Below, in pieces: positions 11,080-23,600 of a stretch of DNA of 64,000 nt. Under the pieces are notes generated by a model. That model had not been told where the DNA came from. It saw nothing but the letters and a program-made list of their open reading frames with translations, and ran no database searches. Source of the DNA: Monocercomonoides exilis PA203 (taxonomy: Eukaryota > Protista > Preaxostyla); the NCBI GenBank assembly GCA_001643675.2, contig LSRY02000004.1:1054001-1118000 (forward strand), read 5' to 3'. Both the position numbers and the translations under genes were made by a program. Every line of letters starts with the position of its first letter. The stretch's first letter is position 1.

Positions 11080-13732
11080 TTCTGCACAGTTCACAAAACC
11101 TGCATCGCCTCCTCAAAGTTCTTCACCAGCAACAGCCCAACAGACTTGAAGAACGTCACCATCGAACCAGAAACAGTCACTATCTGCTCTGTTGCAGCTT
11201 TTCACTCAGCTCTCATCAGCCGTGCGATCGAATGCTCCGAAATGTGTTCGAACCAAACCGCTCTCTTCAGTTCCACCATCACCACGTGAAACTCTTCAAT
11301 CAGTTTGTTCAGCGCAATGTATGCATATTCTTGTCCACACCTCTCTGTTCTTCCCGAACGTTGCAAGTTATTCTGAGTGTCTATCTGCGCATTCGTTTCA
11401 ATAATCAGACCCACATGCAGAACATCAATTTTTCACGCTACAATATCAGTGGCAATCAGCACAGCAATGTTTCTCATCATGAATGGCCGCAGCTTCTGTT
11501 CTTTCCGCCTGTGGACAATGCTATCATGCAACGGCTAACAGTGGAAAGACTTCAAGTTTGCACACACGTTCAGTATTATCGCATCAACATTCTGGTCGCA
11601 TAATATGATCAGTCATCTGTGGATTCCTCCAAAGGTCTTCTGACTGTTTAAGATAATATCGCTCTGCTTTTTTTGTGAGGTCTACATCACATTGTACTTC
11701 ACACGCAATGAAATGGCTAACATATCCGATACCACGAGATCAGTCCACACTGAATTTGGTTTTTGTTTGTAGAAAGTGTCTTCTTCGATGATTGAACCAC
11801 GGTGGCAACTTGTCAAAGAACAAAAGGATGTTTGTTTCAAAATGCTCAGCGGAGAGGTCAACAGAGGAAGAAGTTGAGTTTTGTTGAAGAAGAGGAGTTG
11901 GAAGAAGAAAACTTGAGGTGAATTGGAGATGAAGATGGAAAGGAAACAGGCGGAGGTGAGCTTTGTGCTGAATTGGACCATCCAAAGAATGTTCTTTCAT
12001 GTTCACTTTCACCTTCTCTATCATTTTTTGTCTCCATTTGAAGCTTCCTGAAGTGATGCAAGATCAAATAACATGATCTTCTCCACATCTGGCATGAACG
12101 CAAAGTCCAACATCCTGTCAATCTTATTTATCGCAAAAAAACTTAAAATACTTCAACTTCTCCCTTTCCATTTTTCACCGCTTTCTTCTGCAGCAAAAAA
12201 GAGTCCCTCTATTTCGAGCTGCTCAAATCTTGGTTCTTCTATTGGAAGATTTTTAATTGTTTAATGCGATCGATTAGTCAGTTGGAAAATGGAACTACCA
12301 TGCATATTCCTCTGGTAATCATGCGATTCAGCTTCGTAATCTATTCTCCACATTCATCGTTTCCATTTATTTGCATACTGTTTGTGGTTTTGTAAACACT
12401 CGAGTGAAAGCATTTTATCTGCATTAGGTGAATTCTATGACTCTTCCAGACAAATCTCAGCTGATTCATTAAAAGAAGTTAAAAAAATGTAGAATACGAA
12501 GAATACGAAGATTACGAAGATGATGATGATAAGATGAATTGGAAGAAACTGATGCTTTTTCCTTGTTTGAATTCAACTCTGCTTTTATATCAGACACATT
12601 TGTGAGTGTGGCAATCACATCCAAATACCAAGCGGCTCCTGCCAGATGGATGGAGAGAAAGCCTCTAGTCAAATAGCAGCTGCATTTTCGAGCAGTTGGC
12701 TGGCTGGGGAGAGAAGAGAAGGAAAAAAAATGAATGCAATGTGGGTGAATAAGTGTGTGGCTGTAGTGTTGAGGTATCTTCTGTTTAGGAATAAGAGGAA
12801 GAGGAAGAGGAAGAAGAAGGGTTGATTGATGAAGGAATTGATGAAAGCATTGGAATCTGAGAGAATGATAGAACATCAACAGGAGAAGAGGAGGAGGAGG
12901 AGGAAGAGGAAGAAGAGGAAGAAGAAGATGGCATAAATGGAGTAACTGTAGTGGAAGAAGGAGAAAGATATGATTCAGAGCTGAGGAGAGGAGAATGATA
13001 GTAGAAGTTCGCAGAAGAGGAGCGACTGTGAATGTGGCGAGGGGACATACGCGACGGAGGTTTCTGGAACTCATTCAGGTTTTTAGTTGAAGAAGAAGAA
13101 GAAGAAGAAGAAGAATGAGGAGGAGGTGGTGGTGGTGGTGGAGGAGGTGGAGGAAAAGGAAGTGGAGGTGAACGCAACGAATGAGAAGAATGCGAAGAAG
13201 GTGAGGGAGAAGAAGATTTTTCAGATTGAGGAGACGAGGAAGTTCCGGCAGATGGTGGAAGGATAGGAACAAATGGAGATGAAACAGTGAATGAAGGGGT
13301 GTTTGTGTGGTGTGTGTTGGGTAATGAAAGCGAATTTTCTCTCGAAATAGCAGGACCATCTGCAGATATAATTGTTGCGGAAGAAGAAGAAAATTGACGT
13401 GTCTTAAAACAATCTGTTCCTCTGAGTAGATACCTCATCGTGCATGAAAACATTGCAGGTGGCGGAGGAAGTTGAGGGAGGGTTGGTGGAAGATGTGGAA
13501 GAGGATGAAGAGGCAGCATGTCTGAAGAGTGTGAAGGAAGAGAAGACATCTGCACACAAGAGCATTCAGATCCTTTACAAGCACTTTCAAAGGGAATTTT
13601 CGACAACATCGGCGTGTGGTAGACAGTCTCAAATTGTGTGCTGCCAGATAGAAACAATTGCAATCACAATCACAACTACTCGAATTCGAGATCATATGTG
13701 AAGAAGAAGAAGAAGAAGAAGAAGAAGAAGAA

Positions 13733-13776
<44 letters not shown>

Positions 13777-14300
13777 GGATGATGAGGATGATGAGGATGA
13801 TGAGGATGATGACGACGACGACGACGATGACGATGAAGGAGAAGAAGGAGAAGAAGTTGACAACATTCAAGATATCAAGGAAGATGAAGTGTGAGTTAAT
13901 GAACACGTGTGAAGACAATACCAATTATTTTTTTATTTGCGCCTGATGCATAAGTCAACTAATTCGTAGAAACGGATAGAAAATGGAGCTAACAAAATGG
14001 AGGAGCGATGGTGCGTGCAGGAAGATTCAGAAGATGAGGTCAACTGAAAGTGGTTTTCAAAAGGCGATGATAAAGGAAGTGGAGAAAAAGATGACGAAGA
14101 AAATATTGAAGCAGATGTTAACTGGCGGAGTGGAGAAGTGGCAGAGGAAGAATAATGGTGGAGAGAAGCAAGTTGGAAAAGAAAATGGAGACATGTGTTT
14201 CGAACAAGAGGAAATATAAGGCTGGAGAAATGGAACATGAAGAAAGAGTGATAGGTGCAGGGCAGAAGATTGGGATGAATAGTCGTTGCGTAAGATAATA
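11080..14300. pseudogene. Degenerate host-gene fragments inside the hAT element
   Basis: Coding-like composition with broken frames and Ser/Pro/acidic low-complexity segments. No family recognised. Confidence 0.45.
13700..13855. repeat. GAA/GAT/GAC trinucleotide tract
   Basis: (GAA)n(GAT)n(GAGGATGAT)n(GAC)n; reads as poly-Ser on the minus strand. Confidence 0.9.
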
Positions 14301-15126
14301 AAGGAAAAAAAGAAAACGAATTTATTTTTAAAAAATGAATATGTAATTCTCATAAATACATGGTATTGATTCTTTTTATTCAAACAATCAAGAGATTTTG
14401 AAATGGAACAGGAACATCAAGGTTGACATTTTCTTTTAAAAAAACATTAACTTCAATCAATGTGAAAAATGTTACATGTTGAAACAACTGTTTTAAAAAC
14501 TTCTTAATAAAACGGAATGATGGATGAAAACGGAAAAAATTTAAAACAAAAACAACAAAAAAACACGAATAAGTGAAACAGATAAGCGTATGCATCTGAT
14601 TTGTTAACGTTAATGCAAATTATGAATGTTTCAATGCAAAATATTGTTATTTCCAAAAATTGCGAAAAGAAATATGTGAAGAATGAACTTGATCTGTTTT
14701 TGCCTTATGAAAATACAGAAATAAATCACAATTTAAAACAAAACAATAGCAAACATGCCATTTACACGTTCTTTTCATTAATTATGCTTCAAAAAATTGC
14801 GAAAAGTTGAACCGTTTATGGAACAAAATATTCATGAAAGAATAAAAATTTGATAAATACATTAATAAAATATTGTAAATTAACAATTATTGATGTTTGT
14901 TTCTTTGTCAACCTTGTGCATTTGTTTGTCTTCACCACTTTTCAAGGAAACCTATGAAAAGTTGAAAAATGTTTAATTAACAAAACTGATTAGACAAAAT
15001 AAACACTTAACAAATCTCGCACAACACAAGGAATAAATAAAACGGTTAAATATAGGAAATTTCAAATATTTCCAAACCAGTTCAGATACAGTGCATGATC
15101 TTCATTGTATATTATCAGTTTATTGC

Positions 15127-17814
15127 TTATATGAAAAGAAGAGAAATTAACGATTCCAAAGAAAGTGAATGCCTTCGATCTCCACAGATTCTTTTTAGTC
15201 TTGAAAAAAGGCGCTCGCAAGATGCCTCACTACAGGGCGATGCGATCAATGCATATGACAAATTGGCATAAATGTTGGGTAAAACTCCTTGCTTTGCTAT
15301 TTCGTAGTAATAAACCATCCATTTGTCTTGAAAAATAGATTGATCATAACAAATAAAATTTGAAGAATGCAAAGAAATTATCTGCTTTCTTATATCGGAG
15401 TTCATAGAAAAAAGAACAGAATTTGCGTAATCGTTGAATCCGCTTTTGATTCGAGGAAACCAGTCACTTGAAATTGTCTCGAGAATTGTTGATAATGCTT
15501 TGGTCCTTTCATCTGAATTTTCTAAATCATCTGTTGGAAGTTGTTTGCTCGATCCAAGTAAAAACAGTTCGTCAACGATATTTTCATTGGAAGAATGATT
15601 GAAAACACTTGAACTTTCTTCAGTTGATGAATCGCAATCGGCAACTTGTTGGCTTTCAATTGATCCACAAGAGTTTCTTGTGTTATATATAAATTGTTCT
15701 TTTGGAATGGTTGTTGATTCTGTCTCTTCAATGAACTCATCGTCTTCATTTTCGGTGTCATCATCTATAATACCTAATGTTTCTAAAATAAGCTGATTCT
15801 GTAAATCATCATTCTGCTCATCGCTTGAATCCTTTGTAGATAAATTATTTGTTAAATAATTGATCAATTTGAAAAGAATATCGTTGTTCAAAACAGAACT
15901 TGAAGGTGAAAATATTGACTGTGCAATATCCGGTGCTGGTGTTTGTGCAGATGAAACAGATGCAGATTCTTTTTCCATTTTTTCTATTTTCGTTTCAAGC
16001 TGTTGAAGCGAATAATGAAATGCATTCACAGATAAAGGAGATCCGAAATTTATCTGTTGTGTTGGTAAAATAAATGTTGGTTTTAAAAATACCGAAGAAT
16101 TCTGCAACTGTTGATTGGAAAGAAGATAATTGTTTGCACTATTATCCTTTGATGTGTCTTGACTCGAAGGAATTTTCATGTTCTCTTGTTGAGCACAAGA
16201 TATTGTTGAAAATGTAACAGGTGTTATCGATGATGCTGAAGAAGAAGAGTTGAGAAATGAATTATGCGTTATTTGTGAATGTGTCTTCAGAGTGTTGACA
16301 GCAGGATGCGTTGATGAAAAAGGCGATAATTTTTCTGATGATTTGATAAATTGAGTGAATTCATCTTTAAGAGAATTAAGCTTCGATGAAAAGGAGATCA
16401 CAAATGAGCTTCGATGGTAAAGTCTCACTCCAATTGGTGTTAAAGAAAAAGCCAACGCGAATTTGTTACCTCGTTCTCCAGCAAGGAAATAATTATGTAA
16501 TAAAATCATTAAATGGCAAATGCAAACTTGCCAATTCTCATCAGAAAAATAATCAAGATTAATCATCCAAAAATAATAAGCAAACGCTTTAAGTATTAGA
16601 GGAAAAACAGATCCCAGTTTAGTGTCATCGTTTTCGAGCAATAGTTGCAGTTCTCTTAAAGGAAACAGTAATATACCACATCTGATCACATCAAAAATAG
16701 AAATATCACCAAAAAACTCAGAAATTGATGGATGTTTGCAATTCACATAAAAAAAATAACAAATGTCGTATAAACAGAGCCACCTTGTTTTGACAAAGCA
16801 AGGGCACGTAGGATTTGTTGGATTTTTCGTTGATGTTTTCCTGTAGTCTTTGGATATCGTTATAATGGTCTCTTTCAATTGTCTCAAAAATTTGTTTTCG
16901 GAAAATAAATGGGTAATAATCAGATTGACTAAATGATTTGTGCAGTAAATAAAAAATGGTGGAGTTTGTAATTCATTTTGCCGAGTTTCACAAATAGTCG
17001 CATCCTCTGTGAGATTTTGCAACGCTAGCATTTGTGGTTTCAATCCATCTGTACAAAAACAACGAACCTCCCCATTCGCATCAGACACTTCCTTCATGAT
17101 AGTATGCGCCAATTTTGTGTAATCTGCAACTGAAAAACATGCATTGTTCAGGCTCCAAAAAACTGGTTTTCCATTTTCATTCAAGGGAACAACCGTTACA
17201 ATTGTTAACTTTTTTCCAGCAATAACGCCTCCATCCATCATGACGCCGACCATTGCATTGTTGATTGCTTCATTTCGTTCTTTAACTTTTCTCAAATTTT
17301 CGTCTTTAATAAGCAATGATAGTTTCCTACTGGTTAAAGATGGAAAAATGGTTTCTGAAGATAAAGAAGGGTTTTGTTGAGAAAGTCGAATTAACGAAGA
17401 AATGAATGTGTTGAATTCAGAAGAATAAGCAGATAAAAAAGCTATATTGCAATGGCTTATAAGATGAAGAAATTGCTTAATAAGAATGCAAAAATCGGAA
17501 TTGAAAATCTTTTGGACTTTTTTTGGAGGTTTTGATAAAATATGAACAGAAGGTTTAGGCTTTAGATAAGATAACATTGAAGATCCTTTTGCTAGAAAGC
17601 ATGAATGACTCCTAACACGATCTGTGTTTTTTCTTCCAGAAAAGCCACAGTTTATTCCGTGTTTGCTATTTGGACATAGATAGTAAACATGCCCATCTTT
17701 TTTCAGTGATCCATCAGGTAAAACTGGAGTGTACGCAATCCAGAGGGTATTGTTGTTAACTTCAAAGTGTATTTTCCCAATTTCTTCTTTTGTATTGTTG
17801 GGGTGAAGATAATC
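15127..17814 (-). CDS. hAT transposase, apparently intact
   Basis: Motifs MMDGG (D), CTDGL (D), CTNH (CxxH), KTRW and SEASCERLFS (E). The frame extends upstream of Met 17577 through a BED-like Cys/His segment (YYLCPNSKHGINC...RSHSC) to a likely splice acceptor at ~17814. First exon not resolved. Confidence 0.88.
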   Translation of the reverse strand, partial: DYLHPNNTKEEIGKIHFEVNNNTLWIAYTPVLPDGSLKKDGHVYYLCPNSKHGINCGFSGRKNTDRVRSHSCFLAKGSSMLSYLKPKPSVHILSKPPKKVQKIFNSDFCILIKQFLHLISHCNIAFLSAYSSEFNTFISSLIRLSQQNPSLSSETIFPSLTSRKLSLLIKDENLRKVKERNEAINNAMVGVMMDGGVIAGKKLTIVTVVPLNENGKPVFWSLNNACFSVADYTKLAHTIMKEVSDANGEVRCFCTDGLKPQMLALQNLTEDATICETRQNELQTPPFFIYCTNHLVNLIITHLFSENKFLRQLKETIITISKDYRKTSTKNPTNPTCPCFVKTRWLCLYDICYFFYVNCKHPSISEFFGDISIFDVIRCGILLFPLRELQLLLENDDTKLGSVFPLILKAFAYYFWMINLDYFSDENWQVCICHLMILLHNYFLAGERGNKFALAFSLTPIGVRLYHRSSFVISFSSKLNSLKDEFTQFIKSSEKLSPFSSTHPAVNTLKTHSQITHNSFLNSSSSASSITPVTFSTISCAQQENMKIPSSQDTSKDNSANNYLLSNQQLQNSSVFLKPTFILPTQQINFGSPLSVNAFHYSLQQLETKIEKMEKESASVSSAQTPAPDIAQSIFSPSSSVLNNDILFKLINYLTNNLSTKDSSDEQNDDLQNQLILETLGIIDDDTENEDDEFIEETESTTIPKEQFIYNTRNSCGSIESQQVADCDSSTEESSSVFNHSSNENIVDELFLLGSSKQLPTDDLENSDERTKALSTILETISSDWFPRIKSGFNDYANSVLFSMNSDIRKQIISLHSSNFICYDQSIFQDKWMVYYYEIAKQGVLPNIYANLSYALIASPCSEASCERLFSRLKRICGDRRHSLSLESLISLLFI

Positions 17815-19491
17815 TAAAAAATTATGTAAATTTTATCATTATATTTAAGATCCAAAATAAAAATTATAAAAGAAAACATTTTCCGTTGTTTGTGAATTTA
17901 GTGCATATCAAAGTGACAAATGAACATCCTTTCTCTTTTAATTCAGAAATTTTATCTGAAAACGCTTTTTGCTTTACATGAATACATTAATATTAAAAAT
18001 TTTAAAGAATTCAAAAGAAAATCAATGTTTAACAAACTATTTGTGGAATAGATAAACAGCTTCTTAATTCAGCTGGTAATTCAAAAATGAAACCATCATC
18101 CATTTCGGACATTTATTATCGACACAACACGACAGATCTTGAGATCCGAATGATCCAGACAGATCTGAACAGATCTTTGTCGAATTGATCTGTCGAAAAC
18201 CCATTAAATACATCATGATTAATATTTTAAATAAAAATAAATATGAATAATTCTTAACAAAATATTTGAAATTAAATACAACAAATTAAAGTGAAGTAAT
18301 TTTTTAATTGTGAATGAAAAAAAAATATCTTATTAAAAAAAAAAAAGAATTTCCTGTCGGTCGACTAGTCGAAACCATTTTTATAAGTCGGCTTGTCGCA
18401 AAGGCCTAGTTTTATTATTAAATCAACTTTTTAATAATCAAAATGTTTTAATGAATAATAAAGGATTGGAAATGTGCCTTAAATACACCTATGCCGAAAA
18501 GAGGATGCAGAATTGAGAGCTAAAAACAACACCTTTGGAGTTGAACACAGTTACGTGACGTTCTCGTCAGCCGAAAAGAAACAATATGCGATTTCCACAC
18601 TTACAGAATTAACTCAGTGTTTAAAAAAAGAAAACGTTTCATTCTGGAAGAAGGATGATAAGAATAAGAAAAAGAAGAAAAGGAAGAAAAGGAAGAAAAG
18701 GAGAAAGAATTCGGAATGGGAGGAAGTTCAAATTTTTTTGGGGAGTTTCACAAGCTGCTTGAAGAAAGAAAGGAAAATGAAAGGCTCTGACAATATGAGA
18801 TGATCCTCACACGTTTGTGGAATGAGCGAGATGAGAAGTTGAAGGGAGCAAAGACGATAGTGGTGGTTGTGTGTGTGTATGTGTGTTGCAAAGACAATGT
18901 TGTGGCTGAGATGACAAAATGGATGAAGTGGAAGATGAGGAAGAGAACGAAGAAGAAAACGAGGATTATTTAGAGGAAGAGAAAATGAAAGTTGATAAGC
19001 GAATGAAGGTTGTTGACGTAATTTTCATTTTGCTGATGTCGGATAATTGTTTATGCGAAAAAGAAAGTGATAAGAAGTTCGACTTGTGATAATTATTTGG
19101 TTTTTGTGTTAAATCTTCAATATCATAAACCTTTTGATGAAAAAATTCTTGTTCTTATCATTTTCTTTCTTCGAATAATTTTTTTTTTTTGCTTTTCTTA
19201 GCCTTTTGTTGTCTTTCTTCCTCCACATTCATCCTCTTTCCTTTTTTTTTCTTCGTCGCCTTTTTTATTTGTTCTTCTTTCAATTTTCTCTTTTTCTTCT
19301 TTTCTCATTTTGTTTTTATCTTGATTTTTTTTTTCAAAGATCGGATATAATTTCTATCAGTCCTATAATAATATCCGACAATATCACAATTCTATCGGTT
19401 TTCAAAGAACACTTTGACGTTAATTTCTTTTGTTGCAATTATTACTTTTGTAACGTAATATCACCTTTATTTATTTAACAAAGATAAATAT

Positions 19492-19731
19492 GTCCAAATA
19501 TTTTGAAAATAACATTTTGTTTAATTTTCAAATGAAGAAAAAATTTCCTATTTCGATCAAATTTCTGTTTCCAATCAGGTAATTTTTCTCGAATGGAAAT
19601 TAAAACATTGTCAAAATTTTGTTTTCGTGATAGTGAAATTTGATATGTGAGAACAGAAATTTTATCAAAATATGAAAATTAAATTTTATTTGAAAATTGA
19701 ACAAAAGGAAGTTTTCAAAAAAAATCCAGCC
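19492..19731. mobile_element. Degenerate MITE (240 bp), ATAT-flanked
   Basis: Imperfect TIR (GTCCAAATATTTTGAAAATAACATTTTGTTTAATTTTCAAAT) similar to 50793-51033. ATAT on both sides. Confidence 0.7.
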
Positions 19732-19735
19732 ATAT

Positions 19736-19975
19736 GGGTGATTCTTTTTGAAAAGTCACAAAAGTTTAATTTTCAAATAAATCAATAATTTCATATTTTA
19801 CTCAAATTTCTGTTAGCATGCACCAAACTTACCAAATATGGAATCCATTATTGGATAATGCTATTTCATGCATTCAAGTGAAGTTACGTGAATGTTAACA
19901 GAAATTTGAGCAAAATATGAAAATTTTAATTTATTTGAAAATTAAACTTTTGTGACTTTTCAAAAAGAATCACCC
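19736..19975. mobile_element. MITE (240 bp), TSD ATAT
   Basis: Long TIR GGGTGATTCTTTTTGAAAAGTCACAAAAGTTTAATTTTCAAATAAAT. ATAT at 19732-19735 and 19976-19979. Confidence 0.95.
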
Positions 19976-20670
19976 ATATGGTCCTGAGCAAAATTGCTTT
20001 TGAAATTGTGAATAATAATTAGTTTATTGGGTTTTCTCCAGTTTTTCAAAGTTAATCAAATAAAATAGTGAACCATCGTTTGTGTTTGTTCCCAAATGCA
20101 ACATCTGATTTTACATGTGATATTACCAGAAGAAAAGACCACTCATCTATCAAATATCGCAAATGCAAGTTGACAAAGCAGAACTCAATTCAGATTTTTT
20201 TCCTGCATGCAAAAATTTGCTTCGACAACAAATGCATTGCAGTAATTTCACACAGTGAACAATTTTGCAACACTAGTTATAAATTAATGGACACATTCAT
20301 TTCATTGGTAGGAACTTGTAACATTTCTTTTCTTAAAGCTTCATGAAGTTTTCTGAAAGATTTCATAACAACTTTTTAAAAAGAGTCTCAGTTTCATACT
20401 TATTCTAAGAGATAAGATATAATCACCTGCTTAACAGGAAAATCGAATTAAAAATCATTCTTCAAATTATTGATTCAAAGATTACTAATTCATTATCAAA
20501 AATTAGAAATAGACCAATAGCAATTATGATGGAAAGCGGAAAAATTGGAAACAAAAATTACGTAGTTGTTGGAGTTGTGCCATTATCTTTTTATTCTGTT
20601 CCTTTGTTCTTGAATTTGTTTGAAGGCTGCTCAACTGAAAAAGATATTCGAACTTGGACAGTTTTTGTTG

Positions 20671-23600
20671 TAGGCCTCTGCGACCGACCGACATTTTTTA
20701 GACAACTCGACAGGTCGACCGACAATTTTATCGAGTTTACACTTTTTGGTCATTAAAAAATTTTAAATATAAATTTTATTATTTTAAGAAAAAAACGAAA
20801 CAAAATCTTTTTAAATAATTTTTTATTTATAAATATAAATAATTTTATAAGGAAATGAATAATCAGAATTTTTTCTTTTTTTTCTGAAATTTTAATAATA
20901 ATAATGGGTTATCGACAGATCTTTGTCGAGATCAGTCGAACGACAAAGATCAGTCGTTTGACAAAGATCAGTCGAGTTGAAAGATATAAATGTGTTTAAA
21001 TGATTTTTTAACAACTGTTTAATATTTTTTATTTTGAGACTTTCACTCACTTAAAGATTTCACTTTTTTTTCATTTATGAATCATTCTTGCTTTGATTTC
21101 TGGTTTTGAAGTTTGGTGATTCGGTGAAATATTATTTCAGATGTTGCATTGTTCAAACAAGACTTTTTGATCATTTTTAATAAAAGGAAATGGAGTTTAG
21201 CGTATTTCAAACAATTCTCTTTTATCTTTTTAGTTTTGATTTTAAAGACAAATATGATCATAATTTCAAAAATAACATTTGATTGTTGTGGCAATTCAAT
21301 GAAACGTTAAAGTGGTCATTTGAGGACTATTATTATTTATAATAATTGTATAAATCTTTTGTTCAAAGTTAAAATTTGCATAAAAATATATGATGCGATT
21401 CATTTTCTATAACTTGAAACGGTGATAACAAAGAAGTGAAGGAATTTTATTTTCTAAACAAAAAAAGTGAATGAAACGAAGTTGAGATAATTTCGAATAC
21501 TCCAGAGAATGAAATATCACTCTATTGGAGTGTGTGAGCGAGATGAAATGAATACAAGGAAACTACAATGGTGATGAAGGATCAGATGGAGCTTCATGCG
21601 AAGCCGAAGAGAACATTGGAAAAGAAGGTTGCTAAAATGAAAAAATAGTCTGATGGAGTGAAGAACATCGCATTTATCGGAAAGAAATTGTTTGAAAGAA
21701 GAGAGAAGGCGAAAGTGGGAAGAATGAGAATGAGAAGAAGAGGAAGAAGAAATAAAAGATTTAAAAAAAATCATGTGATGAAGAGGAGGAGGAGAAGGAG
21801 GAGGAGAAAAAGGAAAAGAAGGAAGAAGAAGGAGAAGAAGGAGAAAAAGGAGAAGAAGAAGAAGATAGTGACGTAGAAATTTGACAAGAAAATGGTAATA
21901 AAGTTTAGAAAGATGAATGAAATGGAAAAGAAGATTATCATTGAATGAAATTCACCACAAAATCAAATTATTTCAAAAAAAATCCAAAAATATTAAATCG
22001 CTAAATAAAAGTCACTCAAAAAGTGCAATGAAACAACAATTACATCACAAAATCCTTTTCTTTCTCTTTCTCTCCTTCTCTCCTTCTCTCTCTTTCTCAA
22101 AAAACAAAAATAAATAAAAAGTTTCATTCTTTCTATCAAACCTGTCTTTCTTTCTTAACCCCATCAATTGTTGACTCCCATCTTCCTTTTGTCCTTTCCT
22201 TCTCTTCCACCCTCTCGTTGTACTTCAAATCTCTCAACAGCATCTCAGTATCTGCAATTGGATCCTTCGAATGAAGCTGCTTGCTCAGCGTGGCGATTGC
22301 TTCGGGTGAAAAATTCTGAGGGGGAAGAAGAGGGAAGAAGAGGGAAGAAGAGGGAAGGGAAGGGAAGTGGAATGGAATGGTTGATATTTCATTTATACAC
22401 AAAGAAAGAAAAAAAGAAAGAAAGAAAGAAAGATGATCATAAGAATATAAAATAATAAAAATAAATGAAATCATTTAAAATTGCAACATATATAAAAGAA
22501 TAATCACAAATAAATATCAACTTCATGACTTCAATAAACAGAATTAACACAACCTTCAGCTTGTCCAGATTCCGAGTAGCAAACGCTCTCTGCATCTTCG
22601 AATTCATCAGCATCGTTACTGTCTGCACAATCGGATCATTCTCATCCACACTCACACTTACATCTCCATTTCTAGTGATTTCACTTCCTTCTCCTCCTTC
22701 TCCTCCTTCTCCTCCTTCTCCTCCTTCTCCTCCTTCTCCTCCTTCTCTTTCTTCTTCTCCTCTTCCTTCTCTTCCAGATACATTCCTCGATGACATCCCT
22801 CTCTTTTTCGCCTGTCTCACAGCAGAAAAAGGTGGAAGCACCATTCTTCTACTTCTTCCGCCTCAGCCAGCAGATGAAGCTCTAATTTGAGAAGAAGAAG
22901 AAAAAGAAGAAGCATCAGAAAATGGATAGAAATTGGCATTGGTGTTTTTCAGTTTGTCTGATGCTTCCCACACAATCACATCTGAATCATCGAAGCAAAC
23001 GGGTTGGTGAAGCGAGGAGTGAATTGGGTTCGATTTTGACTTTGAAATTGATTCAAATTTTGTGATTGTGTTTGTATTTGGCCTTGGAAGAGAGGGAAGC
23101 CTCAGCCAACAGGACCGTCTGGAGTGAATGTGGAAGAAGAAGAGGAGGAGGAGGAGGAGGAAGGAGAAGAAGGACGACGAAGAGCTGGGAGTTGTTGTCT
23201 TGATGCTGATGATGGACATTGTGATTCTTCTTCAATGAGATGTCAATGTTATGTTGAAATGGATTAATAAATAAAGAAGAAGAAGAAAGAAGGAAATTAA
23301 TAAATAAATAATAAATAAATAAATAAATATAAAAATATTGTCAAAAAAAAAAATCAATTCTATTAAAAAGCATACGACGTAATGTTCCATCGACACTTTG
23401 AGCAAGCGGGAGCAGGCGAGTGGTGCATGTGGGAGAAATGCCGCAGAAGAGAGAAGCAGGTGGAGTGGATAGGAGCCTGGCAGTGGAGAAAGGAGACATC
23501 GGAGTGAGCTGGGAAGAGCGGGAGGTGATTGGATGAAGGGAGGAGGATGGAGTTGGGTTGGATAAAGTGACTGAGAAGAGGTGAAGGAAGGATATGAGAG

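Larger units (their letters stand above)
9167..18408 (-). mobile_element. hAT DNA transposon (9.2 kb) with transposase and host-gene cargo
   Basis: TIR TAGGCCTTTGCGACA...TGTCGCAAAGGCCTA. Perfect 8-bp TSD GTTTTATT at 9159-9166 and 18409-18416. Clustered subterminal CGAC/GTCG motifs. Confidence 0.93.
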
